Shown here piece after piece: positions 17,301-28,622 of a DNA stretch of 33,216 bases; positions within the stretch are counted from its first letter, which is position 1, and each line of letters starts with the position of its first letter. The notes beneath the pieces are model-generated. The model searched no databases, was not told where the DNA came from, and was given only the letters and a program-made list of their open reading frames with translations. The stretch spans positions 1 to 33,216 of the forward strand of contig JBQTGV010000099.1 in assembly GCA_052390515.1 (NCBI GenBank). The letters are read 5' to 3'. Both the position numbers and the translations under genes were made by a program. The stretch is from Candidatus Eiseniibacteriota bacterium. Its GTDB lineage: Bacteria; ARS69.

Positions 17301-18530
17301 TCAGCGCGGCAGTTCACCCGCGACCGGCAGGATCCGCCGATCACCACCGGTCGGCCGAATGACCGCGGCCGCCACCACCGCGCACGCGAGAGTCACCGAC
17401 GCGGCCACGAGGAAGACTCCGCGCACGCCGACGAGGTTCGCGAGCCACCCGCCGACGACGGGTCCCACGAAGAAGCCGAGGATGTTCGCGGAGTTGGCGT
17501 AGCCGGTCACGCCGCCGCGTGCTCCCTCCGGCGCCGCCCGGCTGATCATGGAGATCAGCACCGGCGCAACGCCCGTCACGGCGAACCCGAGCAGCGCGCG
17601 CACGGCCAGCATCGAGCCGACCGACGCCACCGCCGTGTGCAGCGCCAGCGCCGCCGTCGTCAGCACGAGCCCGGTGATCAGCACGCGCTTGAGACCGACC
17701 CTCCCCGCGATGGTCCCCAGGAACGGCGAGGCGATGAGCGTGCACCCGGCCACGACCGCGAAGCCGATGCCGGTCACCGCCTTCGCGTCCGCCTCGCCCA
17801 CCAGATCCTCGATGTACAGCGGGAAGATGGGCATGACCATGGTCACGCCCGCCATCGCCACGAGAAGCCCGGGCATGGCGATGCGCAGGCGCGGCTCCGC
17901 GAGGATCCAGCGGAGGTTCCCCGCCGCCGACGCGGACTTCGCCTCGGGCGTGCGCGGAGGATCGGTGAGGAACGCGTACACGATGACGGCGGCGACCGCG
18001 TTGATGACCGCGGTCAGCAGAAAGAGCTCGCGGAAGGTGAACAGCGCCGCGAGCACGCCGCCGACGGCCGGACCGACCAGGCGCCCGGCGGACGCCGAAG
18101 CGGCGAGCTTGCCGATGGCGTCGGGCAGCTTCTCCGGCGGCGTCGAGGCCGCGGTGATGGCCAGCGCCGCGGGGATGAACCCGGTCACCGCACCCTGAAC
18201 GAGGCGGACGACCCAGAACTCGAGCGGTGAGCGCACGAACACGAGCACGAAGTTCATCACGGCGAGGCCGATGATGGCGCGGACCACCATGCGCTTGTGC
18301 CCGTGCCGATCGCCCAGCCATCCCCACACCGGCGAGAGCAGCGCCGCCGCCAGGAAGGGACCGGAGAAGATGAGACCGGACCAGCGCTCCACCGCGGCGC
18401 GATCGGTCACACCGAGCTCCCGCACGAAGAACGGGATCAGCGGGATGACGATCCCCATGGCCGTGACGGCGAGGAGCTGACCCACGGAAAGGACGACCAG
18501 GTTCCGCTTCCAGGGCTCCGCCCCGGTCAC
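17301..18530 (-). CDS. MFS transporter (DHA1/MdtG-like)
   Basis: WKRNL, PLIPFFV, SPVWGWLGDRHGHK (motif A), GPAVGG, about 12 hydrophobic segments. GTGA overlap with upstream gene. Confidence 0.93.
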   Translation of the reverse strand: MTGAEPWKRNLVVLSVGQLLAVTAMGIVIPLIPFFVRELGVTDRAAVERWSGLIFSGPFLAAALLSPVWGWLGDRHGHKRMVVRAIIGLAVMNFVLVFVRSPLEFWVVRLVQGAVTGFIPAALAITAASTPPEKLPDAIGKLAASASAGRLVGPAVGGVLAALFTFRELFLLTAVINAVAAVIVYAFLTDPPRTPEAKSASAAGNLRWILAEPRLRIAMPGLLVAMAGVTMVMPIFPLYIEDLVGEADAKAVTGIGFAVVAGCTLIASPFLGTIAGRVGLKRVLITGLVLTTAALALHTAVASVGSMLAVRALLGFAVTGVAPVLISMISRAAPEGARGGVTGYANSANILGFFVGPVVGGWLANLVGVRGVFLVAASVTLACAVVAAAVIRPTGGDRRILPVAGELPR

Positions 18531-20890
18531 TCGGATCCCCGCGCGCGCGAGCCCTCGCGGCCGAAGTACACCGGATTCGTGAACGCGAGCGGTTGGTCGT
18601 CGGCGCTCCACACCTCGGCGCGCGCCGCCCGGGCCTCCCCCGCGGACATTCCCTCGGTGAGAACCGCGTCTCCGGAGACACCGGTCCACTCGCGCCGCAC
18701 GCGACCGTCGACCACGAGCTTCACCGTGCGGTCCTCGCCGATCCCGGCGAGACGGATCCGCGCGGTCCGCGGCCCGGATCCCCCGACCATGCCTCCCATC
18801 GGCGTTCCGCCGACGTCGAGCTGCACGCGCCCGCGGAACGAGACCGGATCCCCGAAGAACGCGCGCCCCTCCCGCAGGGCGCGGAGCAGTGCATCGCGGT
18901 CGTCGGCCGGCGCTTCGAGCCATGTGGCGAAGTTGTTCTCCCACGGCGCCCACTGGTTGTAGTGCGAATCGTTGACGCCGAGCGCGGTCACGACGATGCC
19001 GCCGGCCGTGGCGCGGTCCCACACGTCGAAGTAATCCGCGAGATTCCACTTCGCGCGGCGCCGGTAGCCCACTTCGAGGGCGTCCACGCCGGCGAGCCCG
19101 GCATCGATGGCGGCCTGGAACTGATCCGGCCCGAGACCCGAGAACATCGTGGCCCCGAGCGGATGGCACCACGACACGAGCCCCGAGGCGCGGTGCACCA
19201 CCTCCACGAGCTCCTCGGCGTCACCGAGCGCGGTCACGGAGTCCGCCGCCGCGGCGCGCTCGAAGTCGCGCATGACGAGGGACCAGTCGCCGCCGTAGCG
19301 GGTGAGGTGGGGCCGCGAGTACGAGATCTCCCCGCCGATCTCGTGGCGCAGGTTCGGGTACAGCTCGGTCCACTCCTGCTGCACGCGGATCAGCTCGACG
19401 CCGCAACGGCGGTGCGTGAAGGCGAGATCGTCGACAAACACCTCGGCAGACCCGGCGGCGCGAAGGTCGAGCCAGATGCCGATCAGGTTCGCGTCGGCAC
19501 CGTTCGCCCAGGCAGCCTCGGCGTCCTTCGTCACGGCCAAGCGAAGCGTCACCCATCCGCCGGTCGGAACCGTCATGGGCACGACCGGCGCCCAGTCCTT
19601 CGCGTCGTTCTCCGCCGGAGGCGTGCCCTCCCAGCGCACCGCGTACTCCAGGCTGCGCGCTTCGCCCGGATGACGCGAGAGCTCGAAGCCGACGGTCAGC
19701 ACGTCGCCGGGGTCGAGGGAACGCGCCAGCACGCGCAGCTCCACCGCAACGCCGGAGGCGAGCGCGTAGGTGAAGCGCTTCCGCTCCGCTTCGAGACGCG
19801 CGCGGGCCTGGCCCCCGTCCGCTCCGGTCACGAGCCGCAGCGCCCGTTCCCCTCCCGCGACCTCGTTCCCCTGCAGCTCGGCCGCGCAGTCCGTGCCGCG
19901 CCCCGCGAGATCCGCGGTCACGGCTTCGCTCGCCTCGAACCCGATGCTCTGCAGGTGGTCGCGGCAGGTCACCCGCCAGTCGTGCTCCGACCACCACACG
20001 AGATCGTAGCCGGAGAGCGCAGCGTGCCAGGCCTGCCAGTCGAAGGAGCCGGAGCCCTCGCTGAAGCAGCTGTGCACGTGCAGGCCCGCGAGCGTCCACC
20101 TCTCGCGGTCCGTGTGCCACGCGGCCACGTTGTTACCCTCGCGCGCCTCCTCCAGCGCGTCGTCCGGATCGACCCAGACGACGGCTTCGCCCGGGTCTCC
20201 TCCGCCGAACGCGACGCTCACCGTGTCGCGGGCTCCGGCTGCGAGCGCCGCGAGCGGAACGCGCTGCCGGCTCGCCATCGGGCGTTCCAGGCAGTCGAGA
20301 ACAAGCGTGGCGCTGCCCCGCGTATCGCCTGTGGACGTCGAGACCTCGAGAGCCAGGCGCCGCCCTTCCGGCACGACGAACACCTGAGCGGTGGGGGGCC
20401 GGCCGCGCATCACCGGAACCCGCAACGTGAATGCCGTGCCACGGGTCGGGACGTCCAGATCCCACGAGGCCGCGGTGCCGCCCGACTCCACGCGCACGCC
20501 TTCCGGCGCGGGGTCGAGCGTCATCCCCTGGGTGCCGGAAAGCTCGATGCGCCCGCGACCTCGCGTCGTGTCCGGACCGCTGCCCAGGTGCACCGTCAGC
20601 GCCACGGCGTCCGCTCCGCTCGGCTCCTGGTCGACCCACAGCCCTTCGACGCCGCACAGCGGTCTGTAGTGGCTCGACGTGCCGGTCGGCCCGCCGAGGA
20701 GCGGCCGGTCGGAGACGAGGATCTCCGTCGGCGGCGACGCGTCGTCGCCGAGGTTCTCCACCACGATTGCCAAGGAATCACCGTGCAGCGCGAAACCGTC
20801 GCGGCGCACGGCGAGGTCCGGAACCGCGTGAGCGGCTCCGGAAGCGGCCGCCGCCACGCCCAGGAGGGCGACCGGCAGCGAGCGTCTCAA
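18527..20890 (-). CDS. Exported PHP-superfamily (CehA/McbA-like) metallohydrolase with CARDB-like domain
   Basis: Signal peptide; PDLAV..VENLG and VDPDDALEEAREGNN (CARDB-like); LHVHS..SEG, SEHD, GEIS, CHP, LEV, NDSH, TNPVY (PHP). TTG start overlapping the rmlC stop; GTG 20899 is an alternative. Confidence 0.78.
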   Translation of the reverse strand: MRRSLPVALLGVAAAASGAAHAVPDLAVRRDGFALHGDSLAIVVENLGDDASPPTEILVSDRPLLGGPTGTSSHYRPLCGVEGLWVDQEPSGADAVALTVHLGSGPDTTRGRGRIELSGTQGMTLDPAPEGVRVESGGTAASWDLDVPTRGTAFTLRVPVMRGRPPTAQVFVVPEGRRLALEVSTSTGDTRGSATLVLDCLERPMASRQRVPLAALAAGARDTVSVAFGGGDPGEAVVWVDPDDALEEAREGNNVAAWHTDRERWTLAGLHVHSCFSEGSGSFDWQAWHAALSGYDLVWWSEHDWRVTCRDHLQSIGFEASEAVTADLAGRGTDCAAELQGNEVAGGERALRLVTGADGGQARARLEAERKRFTYALASGVAVELRVLARSLDPGDVLTVGFELSRHPGEARSLEYAVRWEGTPPAENDAKDWAPVVPMTVPTGGWVTLRLAVTKDAEAAWANGADANLIGIWLDLRAAGSAEVFVDDLAFTHRRCGVELIRVQQEWTELYPNLRHEIGGEISYSRPHLTRYGGDWSLVMRDFERAAAADSVTALGDAEELVEVVHRASGLVSWCHPLGATMFSGLGPDQFQAAIDAGLAGVDALEVGYRRRAKWNLADYFDVWDRATAGGIVVTALGVNDSHYNQWAPWENNFATWLEAPADDRDALLRALREGRAFFGDPVSFRGRVQLDVGGTPMGGMVGGSGPRTARIRLAGIGEDRTVKLVVDGRVRREWTGVSGDAVLTEGMSAGEARAARAEVWSADDQPLAFTNPVYFGREGSRARGSE

Positions 20891-21503
20891 GGAAACCACG
20901 GACCTGGATACTCGCCGAAGGAGGGATGGTTCCGGTCGCGGTCGGAGAGAACGGGGGACTTCACCGGCCAGGCGATGCCGAGCTCCGGGCTGTCCCAGGC
21001 GATGCCGCGCTCCAGCGCTCCGTCGTGATACGAGCCGCAGCGATACACCACGTCGGCCGTCTCCGACGTGACGCAGAACCCGTGCGCGAATCCCGCCGGG
21101 ATCCACAGCTGCCGGTGCTGCACGTCGTCCAGGTCGAACGAGCGCCACTGACCGAAGGTCGGGGATGAGCGGCGAAGGTCCACGGCGACGTCCCAGATCG
21201 AGCCGCGCGCGCAACGCACCAGCTTGGACTGCCCCGGCGGGATCTGGAAGTGCAGCGCCCGGATGATCCCCCGTCCGGACCGCGAGTGATTGTCCTGCAC
21301 GAGGTCGGCGTCGATCCCCGCCCCCTCGAGCACGCTCCTGCGGCTCGTCTCCAGGAAGAAGCCGCGCTCGTCGGCGAAGACGCGCGGCTCGAGCAGCAGC
21401 ACGCCCGGCAGATCGGTCTCGTGCACGCGCGCGGAGCCGACCTCGCGGGTGCGGAGGGTCCTCCCCGGGCCGCCGCGCGCAGCGGCGCTCCACGACGCCG
21501 CCA

Positions 21504-21504
<1 letters not shown>
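20887..21504 (-). CDS. rfbC: dTDP-4-dehydrorhamnose 3,5-epimerase
   Basis: FADERGFFLE, QDNHSRS, RALHFQ, KLVRC, DVAVDLR, GFAHGF, LSDRD. Start uncertain; GTG 21504 overlaps the rpoD TAG. Confidence 0.93.
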
Positions 21505-23237
<1,733 letters not shown>

Positions 23238-23261
23238 CGGACTGCCCACCTCCGGGGTGTT

Positions 23262-25106
23262 CTATCGTTCCTCGCCGATCTTCCTGGGCGCGCGAAGCGC
23301 CTCGATTCCCCTCGCCAGCTCCCCGCGACGCCGTACCAGCTCCCGCACCCGACCGGCGTCCCCGCGGGCGTTGGCTTTGCGGATCTCTTGCATCAACTGC
23401 TGCTGCTCTCGCTCGAGCTGCCGCCGCTCCATCCCGGTGCGGCAGTCATCCACCTGGCGCGTCACGCCGACGGCGAACTCGTTGGACACGGCCAGCTCCC
23501 CGAGGAACGCATACGCACGCTCGTCCTGCTCGAACGCGGCCAGCAATCCGTTCACGTCGAGCTTCCCCGCGGCCGAGATCTCCGCGGCCCTGGAGACGAT
23601 CCGCGCCGTCACCGGGTGCTCGAAGTCCTCCGCGCGGAAGCGCTCGAGCAGCGCCCGCGCGTCGCTCGAATCCTGCAGCAGCAGCGCGATGAACGTGCGC
23701 TCCAGCGCCGGCGGCCGCTTCGTCTCGTCGGCCTCGGCGAAGACCTTCGCGGCCGGCTGCGGCGGCGGCTCTGGCTTCGGCTGCGGCGTCTCCCGCGCGG
23801 ACTCCCGCGCGCGCAGCGCTGAGCCCCGCTCCGCAAGCTCGGCGAGCTGGCGGTCCAGGACGTCGCCCGGCAGGCTCGTGCGCAACGCCAGATCCTCCAC
23901 GTACACGCGCCGGCGAAGCGGGTCGGCCACCGAGGCGAGCGCCTCCAGCGCCCGGCGAACGGCCCGCTCCCGCGAGGCGCCGCCCTCGTACACCTCGTCG
24001 CCGAGCAGTACGTCGAGCGCGGGTCGGGCGGCTTCGAGCGCGCGCGCCAGCTCCTCCGGTCCGGAGGCACGCAGCAAGCTGTCCGGATCCTGGCCGGCGG
24101 GCAAGAGCGCGACCTGCACGTCCAGCCCGGCGCCCAGCAGCGGGCCGATGCTCGCCGAAGCGGCCTTGCGACCCGCTTCGTCGCCGTCGAACAGCACGGT
24201 GACGCGGTCCACGTTCCGCGCGAGCGCCTTCGCGTGCTCTTCGGTGAAGGCCGTGCCGAGCGAGGCGAGCGCGTTCCTGTGCCCGGCCTGCGCCAGGGCG
24301 AGCACGTCGGTGTAGCCTTCCACGAGGAGGGCGGCGCGGCTTTCCCGCAGCGCGTCCTTGGCCTGCGGCAGCCCGTACAGGAGCTTCCTCTTGCGGAAGA
24401 GCGGCGTCTCCGGCGAGTTGAGGTACTTCGGCTCGCCTTCGCCGAGGATCCTCCCGCCGAACCCGACCACCTTGGACGTGATCGACTCGATCGGGAACAT
24501 GAGCCGGCCGCGGAACCGATCGTAGCTGCCCGTGCCGGACTCGCGGCGGATGGTGAGTCCGGAGCGCTCCAGCGCCGAGGGGCGAACGCCCTCGCGGCGC
24601 GCGGCGGTGATCAAGCGGTCCCACGCGTCCGGCGTGGCGCCGAGGCGGTACTCCTGCACGGTGGCGTCGGAGATGCCGCGCCTCGCCAGCTCCTGGCGCG
24701 CCGCGCGCCCCTCGTCGGTACCCAGCACCTGCCGGAAGAGTCGCAGCGCCAGCGCGTGGGCCTGATACAGCTCGTCCAGCTCGTCCTGGCCTCCGGGTCC
24801 GCTCGACTCGTACCGCGAGAGATCGATGCCGGCGCGCCCTGCGAGCGTGCGCAGCGCCTCGGGGAAGCTCAGGCGGTCGTGCTCCATCAGGAACTTGAAC
24901 GCGTCGCCGGTCACGCCGCAACCGAAGCAGTGGTAGATCTGCCGGTCGGAGTTGACGTTGAAGGAGGGCGTCTTCTCCTGGTGAAAAGGGCACAGCCCGA
25001 GGTGGTTCCGCCCGGAGCGCTTCAGGTTCACATAGGAACCGATGAGCTCCACCAGGTCGGTCCGCTCGCGGATCTCGGCGATCACGCTCTCGGGAAGCTT
25101 CGCCAA
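23262..25106 (-). CDS. dnaG: DNA primase
   Basis: CPFHQEKTPSF..CFGC, DRFRGRLMFPI, KYLNSPET, VEGYTDV, FDGDEAG, DPD. GAGGAG SD before TTG. Confidence 0.98.
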   Translation of the reverse strand: MAKLPESVIAEIRERTDLVELIGSYVNLKRSGRNHLGLCPFHQEKTPSFNVNSDRQIYHCFGCGVTGDAFKFLMEHDRLSFPEALRTLAGRAGIDLSRYESSGPGGQDELDELYQAHALALRLFRQVLGTDEGRAARQELARRGISDATVQEYRLGATPDAWDRLITAARREGVRPSALERSGLTIRRESGTGSYDRFRGRLMFPIESITSKVVGFGGRILGEGEPKYLNSPETPLFRKRKLLYGLPQAKDALRESRAALLVEGYTDVLALAQAGHRNALASLGTAFTEEHAKALARNVDRVTVLFDGDEAGRKAASASIGPLLGAGLDVQVALLPAGQDPDSLLRASGPEELARALEAARPALDVLLGDEVYEGGASRERAVRRALEALASVADPLRRRVYVEDLALRTSLPGDVLDRQLAELAERGSALRARESARETPQPKPEPPPQPAAKVFAEADETKRPPALERTFIALLLQDSSDARALLERFRAEDFEHPVTARIVSRAAEISAAGKLDVNGLLAAFEQDERAYAFLGELAVSNEFAVGVTRQVDDCRTGMERRQLEREQQQLMQEIRKANARGDAGRVRELVRRRGELARGIEALRAPRKIGEER

Positions 25107-25124
25107 CGTCTCCTCGTTCCTTCG

Positions 25125-27497
25125 CTACTTCAAGACGGCGATGGTCACGCCGGTCCCGCCCTCGCCGGGCTCTCCGGCGCGGAACTCGCGGACGCGCGAG
25201 TCCTTCTCGAGCTGCTCGGACACCGCGGCGCGAAGCGCGCCCGTGCCCTTGCCGTGGATGATCCGCAGCCAGGTGCCGCCGGACACGACCAGTCCGTCGA
25301 GCGCCCGGTCCACCTCGTCGACGGCCTCGTCCACCGTGCGCCCGCGCAGATCGATCTCGATGCGCGCGTTCCCCTCCGGACGTCCGGTCGCCACCGGCTG
25401 CCGGCGCGCGTTCCGCTCGGCGGGAGGCGTGCTACGGATCTCCAGCGACGCGACCGGTACCTCGACGCGCAGCGAGCCGACGGCCACGGCCACCTTTCCG
25501 TTCGATCCGGGAGCGCCGAGCGCCGTCCCCTTCCAGCCCATGGCAGGAATGACGACCGGCGTCCCCTCGCTCACGTCCTCCGCGCGCGCCGGCCGCACCG
25601 GCTCGCGCGCGGCCCGATCCTCTCCGGCGATCTCGCGGCGCAGCTCGTTCCCCATCTCTCCGAGCCGGGTGCGCGCCCGCCCTGCCGCGCGGCCGCCCCT
25701 GCCGTCCTCCTTCACCGCGCCGAGCAGCTCACCGAGCTCCGCCTTGGCGCGCTCGACGAGCCTCTTCGCCTCCTCCATCGCCTCGCGCCGGATCCGGGTG
25801 CGCTCCTCGCCCAGGCTCTCGAGCTTCTCGTCGGCCTTCGCGGCGAGCACCCGCGCCGCGGCGCTCTCGCGTTCCAGCTCGGCGGTGCGCTCGTCCAGCA
25901 CGCGGCGCCGCTCCTGCAGGTCGTGCAGCAGCCCCTCGACGCGCTCCGCCGCGGAGCCGACGTGGCGCCGCGCCTCCTCGACGAGCCGCTCGGGGAAACC
26001 GAGCCGCCTCGCCACCGCGAGCGCCTCCGACGATCCCGGCACTCCCTGCAGGAACCCGTACGTCGGCGACAGGCTCTCGCGGTCGAACTCGAGAGACGCG
26101 TTCTCCATTCCCTCGCTCTCGTGGGCGAAGACCTTCAGCGAGCCGTAATGCGTCGTGACGATGGTCAGAGCGCCCTTGCGGGTCAGCTCCGCCAGGATGG
26201 CCTTACCCAGCGCCGCGCCTTCCTCCGGATCCGTGCCCACGCCCAGCTCGTCGAGCAGCACGAGCGTCCGCGCGTCGGCCTCGCGCAGCACTTCGTTGAC
26301 GTGCGCCATGTGCGAGGAGAAGGTCGAGAGGCTGGCCTCGATGGACTGCTCGTCACCGATGTCGGCGAAGACGTCGCGGAAGACGGGAAGCGCCGTGCCC
26401 TCGGCGGCGGGTAGATGCAGGCCGGCCTGGTTCAGCAGCGCGAACAGTCCGACGGTCTTGAGCGCGACGGTCTTGCCGCCGGTGTTCGGTCCGGTGATCA
26501 CCAGCGCCCCGGGCCGCTCGCCCCCGATGGCGAGATCCAGCGGCACGAGCGCGCGGCCCTCCGCGGCGATCGCCGCCTCCAGCAGCGGATGCCGCCCGCG
26601 CCGCACGACGAGCGAGCCGTCCGTGGAGCGCAGCGCGGGCACGCCGTTCACGTCCCGCGACCAGCGGCCGGCGGCATAGAAGGCGTCCAGCTCGGCGAGC
26701 GTCTCCTCGTTCCTGCGGAGCGCGGCAAGTGCGGCGCGGATGCGCGCGGTGAGCTCGCCCAGGATGCGGCGGACCTCCTCCTCTTCAGCACTGCGGAGCT
26801 CGGCGAGCTCGTTGTTCGCCGGCACGACGGAGGACGGCTCGAGGTAGACGGACGCTCCGCTGCTCGACTGGCCGTGCACGACACCGCGGAGATCGCCGAC
26901 TCGATCCCGCCGGACCTGGACCACGTAGCGGTCGTTTCGCAAGGTGACCAGCGCCTCTGAGTCGGCGCCGATGCCGCGCGCCAGCCGGCGAAGCTGCTCG
27001 AGGAGCCGGTCCCGGACCCGCTCCTTCTCGCGGCGGATGCGGCGCAGCTCGGGGGTGGCGGCGTCGAGCACTTCCCCGCCCTCGGCGAGCCGGCGCTCGA
27101 TCTCGGCGCGAAGCTCTCCCTGCGGGTCGAGGTCCTGCGCCAGCCGGGCGATGCCCGGTACCGTCTCGCGGCGCTCGTGCAGGAACCCCTTGAGGCGGAC
27201 GACCACGGCGAGGGACTTCGCCACGTCGAAGATCTTCGCCCCGGGCAGGATGGATCCCTCGGGCTCGGCCTCGTCGAGCGTCCCGGCGAGGTCGGGCAGA
27301 CCGTGGATCGGGAGATCCGACTCCTCGAGGATCCTGCGGATCTCGGAGGCGGCCTGGAGCCGGCGCTGCACCTCTCCGGCGTCGGCCGTCGGAGCGAGGG
27401 CCAGCAGCCTGCGCGCGCCGGCGGCCGAGGCGGCGCGGGCGGCCAGGAGCTCTCGGAGCTTGCCGAGCTCCAGGACCTCGAGCGAGTGCTGGTTCAA
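25125..27497 (-). CDS. mutS2: MutS2 family protein with Smr domain
   Basis: ITGPNTGGKT, DIGDEQSI..SLSTFSSH, LLDELG.GTDP.EG, TTHY, IDLRG, IIHGKGTG. Confidence 0.97.
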   Translation of the reverse strand: MNQHSLEVLELGKLRELLAARAASAAGARRLLALAPTADAGEVQRRLQAASEIRRILEESDLPIHGLPDLAGTLDEAEPEGSILPGAKIFDVAKSLAVVVRLKGFLHERRETVPGIARLAQDLDPQGELRAEIERRLAEGGEVLDAATPELRRIRREKERVRDRLLEQLRRLARGIGADSEALVTLRNDRYVVQVRRDRVGDLRGVVHGQSSSGASVYLEPSSVVPANNELAELRSAEEEEVRRILGELTARIRAALAALRRNEETLAELDAFYAAGRWSRDVNGVPALRSTDGSLVVRRGRHPLLEAAIAAEGRALVPLDLAIGGERPGALVITGPNTGGKTVALKTVGLFALLNQAGLHLPAAEGTALPVFRDVFADIGDEQSIEASLSTFSSHMAHVNEVLREADARTLVLLDELGVGTDPEEGAALGKAILAELTRKGALTIVTTHYGSLKVFAHESEGMENASLEFDRESLSPTYGFLQGVPGSSEALAVARRLGFPERLVEEARRHVGSAAERVEGLLHDLQERRRVLDERTAELERESAAARVLAAKADEKLESLGEERTRIRREAMEEAKRLVERAKAELGELLGAVKEDGRGGRAAGRARTRLGEMGNELRREIAGEDRAAREPVRPARAEDVSEGTPVVIPAMGWKGTALGAPGSNGKVAVAVGSLRVEVPVASLEIRSTPPAERNARRQPVATGRPEGNARIEIDLRGRTVDEAVDEVDRALDGLVVSGGTWLRIIHGKGTGALRAAVSEQLEKDSRVREFRAGEPGEGGTGVTIAVLK

Positions 27498-27632
27498 GGG
27501 CCCCCCGGGGACGGGTGCTCACGGCGCGACACCGACACCGCGCAGGCCGCCCTGGCCCCGCGGTTGGAACTAACTGCATGTACCGTAGCGACTTGGAGAG
27601 TCGTTGGCCGGCGTCACCGCTCGATCCTTGAC

Positions 27633-27661
27633 AAGATGGCGAGCCGCGGTTCCGCTGTCAA
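27633..27661 (-). promoter_or_regulatory. Putative sigma70 promoter of the mutS2-dnaG-rpoD unit
   Basis: TTGACA-N17-CATCTT on the minus strand. Confidence 0.65.
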
Positions 27662-27691
27662 GCCCCCCCGGCCCGCAGCGACCGCTGTTCC

Positions 27692-27720
27692 TTGACGCTG
27701 CCCCGGACGGAATCTAGTGT
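27692..27720 (+). promoter_or_regulatory. Putative sigma70 promoter of the Rrf2 gene
   Basis: TTGACG-N17-TAGTGT. Confidence 0.6.
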
Positions 27721-27763
27721 CGTTCCCGGCCCCCGAGACTCACGCCATCCCCGAGCGAGGCCC

Positions 27764-28195
27764 ATGCTGTTCACGACCGTCTGCGAATACGCGATCCGCG
27801 CACTGACCCATCTCGCGGTGTACGGTGCCGACCGACCGGTGCAAGTGAAGGACATCGCGGAGGCCGAGGACATCCCTCGCCACTTCCTGGCGAAGATCCT
27901 GAACCGCCTCACCTACAAGGGGCTCGTCCGCGCGACACGCGGTCCCGGAGGCGGCTTCCGGCTGACGCGGCCGTCCGACGAGATCCTGGTGAAGGACGTG
28001 GTGGAGTCCATCGACGGCTTCGAGGCGATCCGCCGCCAGTGCGTGCTCGGGCTGGACGAGTGCAGCGACGCGCAGCCCTGCCCCATGCACGACTCGTGGT
28101 CCGCCTTCCGCGAGCGATTCCTCGGGACCGTCGGCGGGCTTTCCCTCGCTCAGCTGGGCGAGACGCTGGAGAGGAAGCGCGGCGCTCAGACGTGA
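27764..28195 (+). CDS. Rrf2 family transcriptional regulator, probably Fe-S binding
   Basis: EYAIRAL, FLAKIL, RGPGGGF, CVLGLDECSDAQPCPMH (three Cys plus His). GAGG SD. Confidence 0.93.
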   Translation: MLFTTVCEYAIRALTHLAVYGADRPVQVKDIAEAEDIPRHFLAKILNRLTYKGLVRATRGPGGGFRLTRPSDEILVKDVVESIDGFEAIRRQCVLGLDECSDAQPCPMHDSWSAFRERFLGTVGGLSLAQLGETLERKRGAQT

Positions 28196-28275
28196 GGCGC
28201 GGCCCGGCGTGGCCGCGTTCCGGACGAAAGACCATCGACGGCCTCGCGTCGTGAACGCTTCTTCCGAGACGGACC

Positions 28276-28617
28276 CTACCCCGGCGGCCAGCCGAGCGGC
28301 CGCCCGCCCAGCACGTGCAGGTGCAGATGGCCCACCGTCTGCCCGCCGTCCGCGCCGCGGTTCACCACGACGCGGTAGCCGCCGGACAGGCCGAGCTTCG
28401 CCGCCACCGCCTTCGCCACGAGCAGCAGGTGACCGAGCAACGCCTCGTGCTCGGGCTTCGCCCGGTCCAGGTCGTCGAGGTGCTCGCGGGGAATGACCAG
28501 GGCGTGCACGGGTGCCTGCGGCGAGATGTCGTGGAACGCCACGGCCAGCGGATCCTCCATCACGCGACGCGCCGGGATCCGACCCTCGACGATCTCGCAG
28601 AAGAGACAGCGGGACAT
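28276..28617 (-). CDS. hinT: Histidine triad nucleotide-binding protein
   Basis: CLFC, DISPQAPVH, GQTVGHLHLHVLGGR..WPPG. Confidence 0.95.
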   Translation of the reverse strand: MSRCLFCEIVEGRIPARRVMEDPLAVAFHDISPQAPVHALVIPREHLDDLDRAKPEHEALLGHLLLVAKAVAAKLGLSGGYRVVVNRGADGGQTVGHLHLHVLGGRPLGWPPG

Positions 28618-28622
28618 GGCGG

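Noticed and set aside
24234-26414. Long antisense or alternate-frame ORFs (also 4770-6842, 10381-12435, 18593-21028, 21549-23822, 29422-31767)
   Set aside because: Shadows of real genes in high-GC DNA; no motifs, and biased Arg/Ala/Gly composition.
27490-27630. Possible 6S RNA suggested by GGTTCAAG
   Set aside because: The motif is the mutS2 TTG-AAC start; I see no long rod with central bubble.
28196-28275. Hairpin and GACGAAA in the rrf2/hinT convergent gap (hammerhead or terminator)
   Set aside because: No CTGANGA core and no U-tract.
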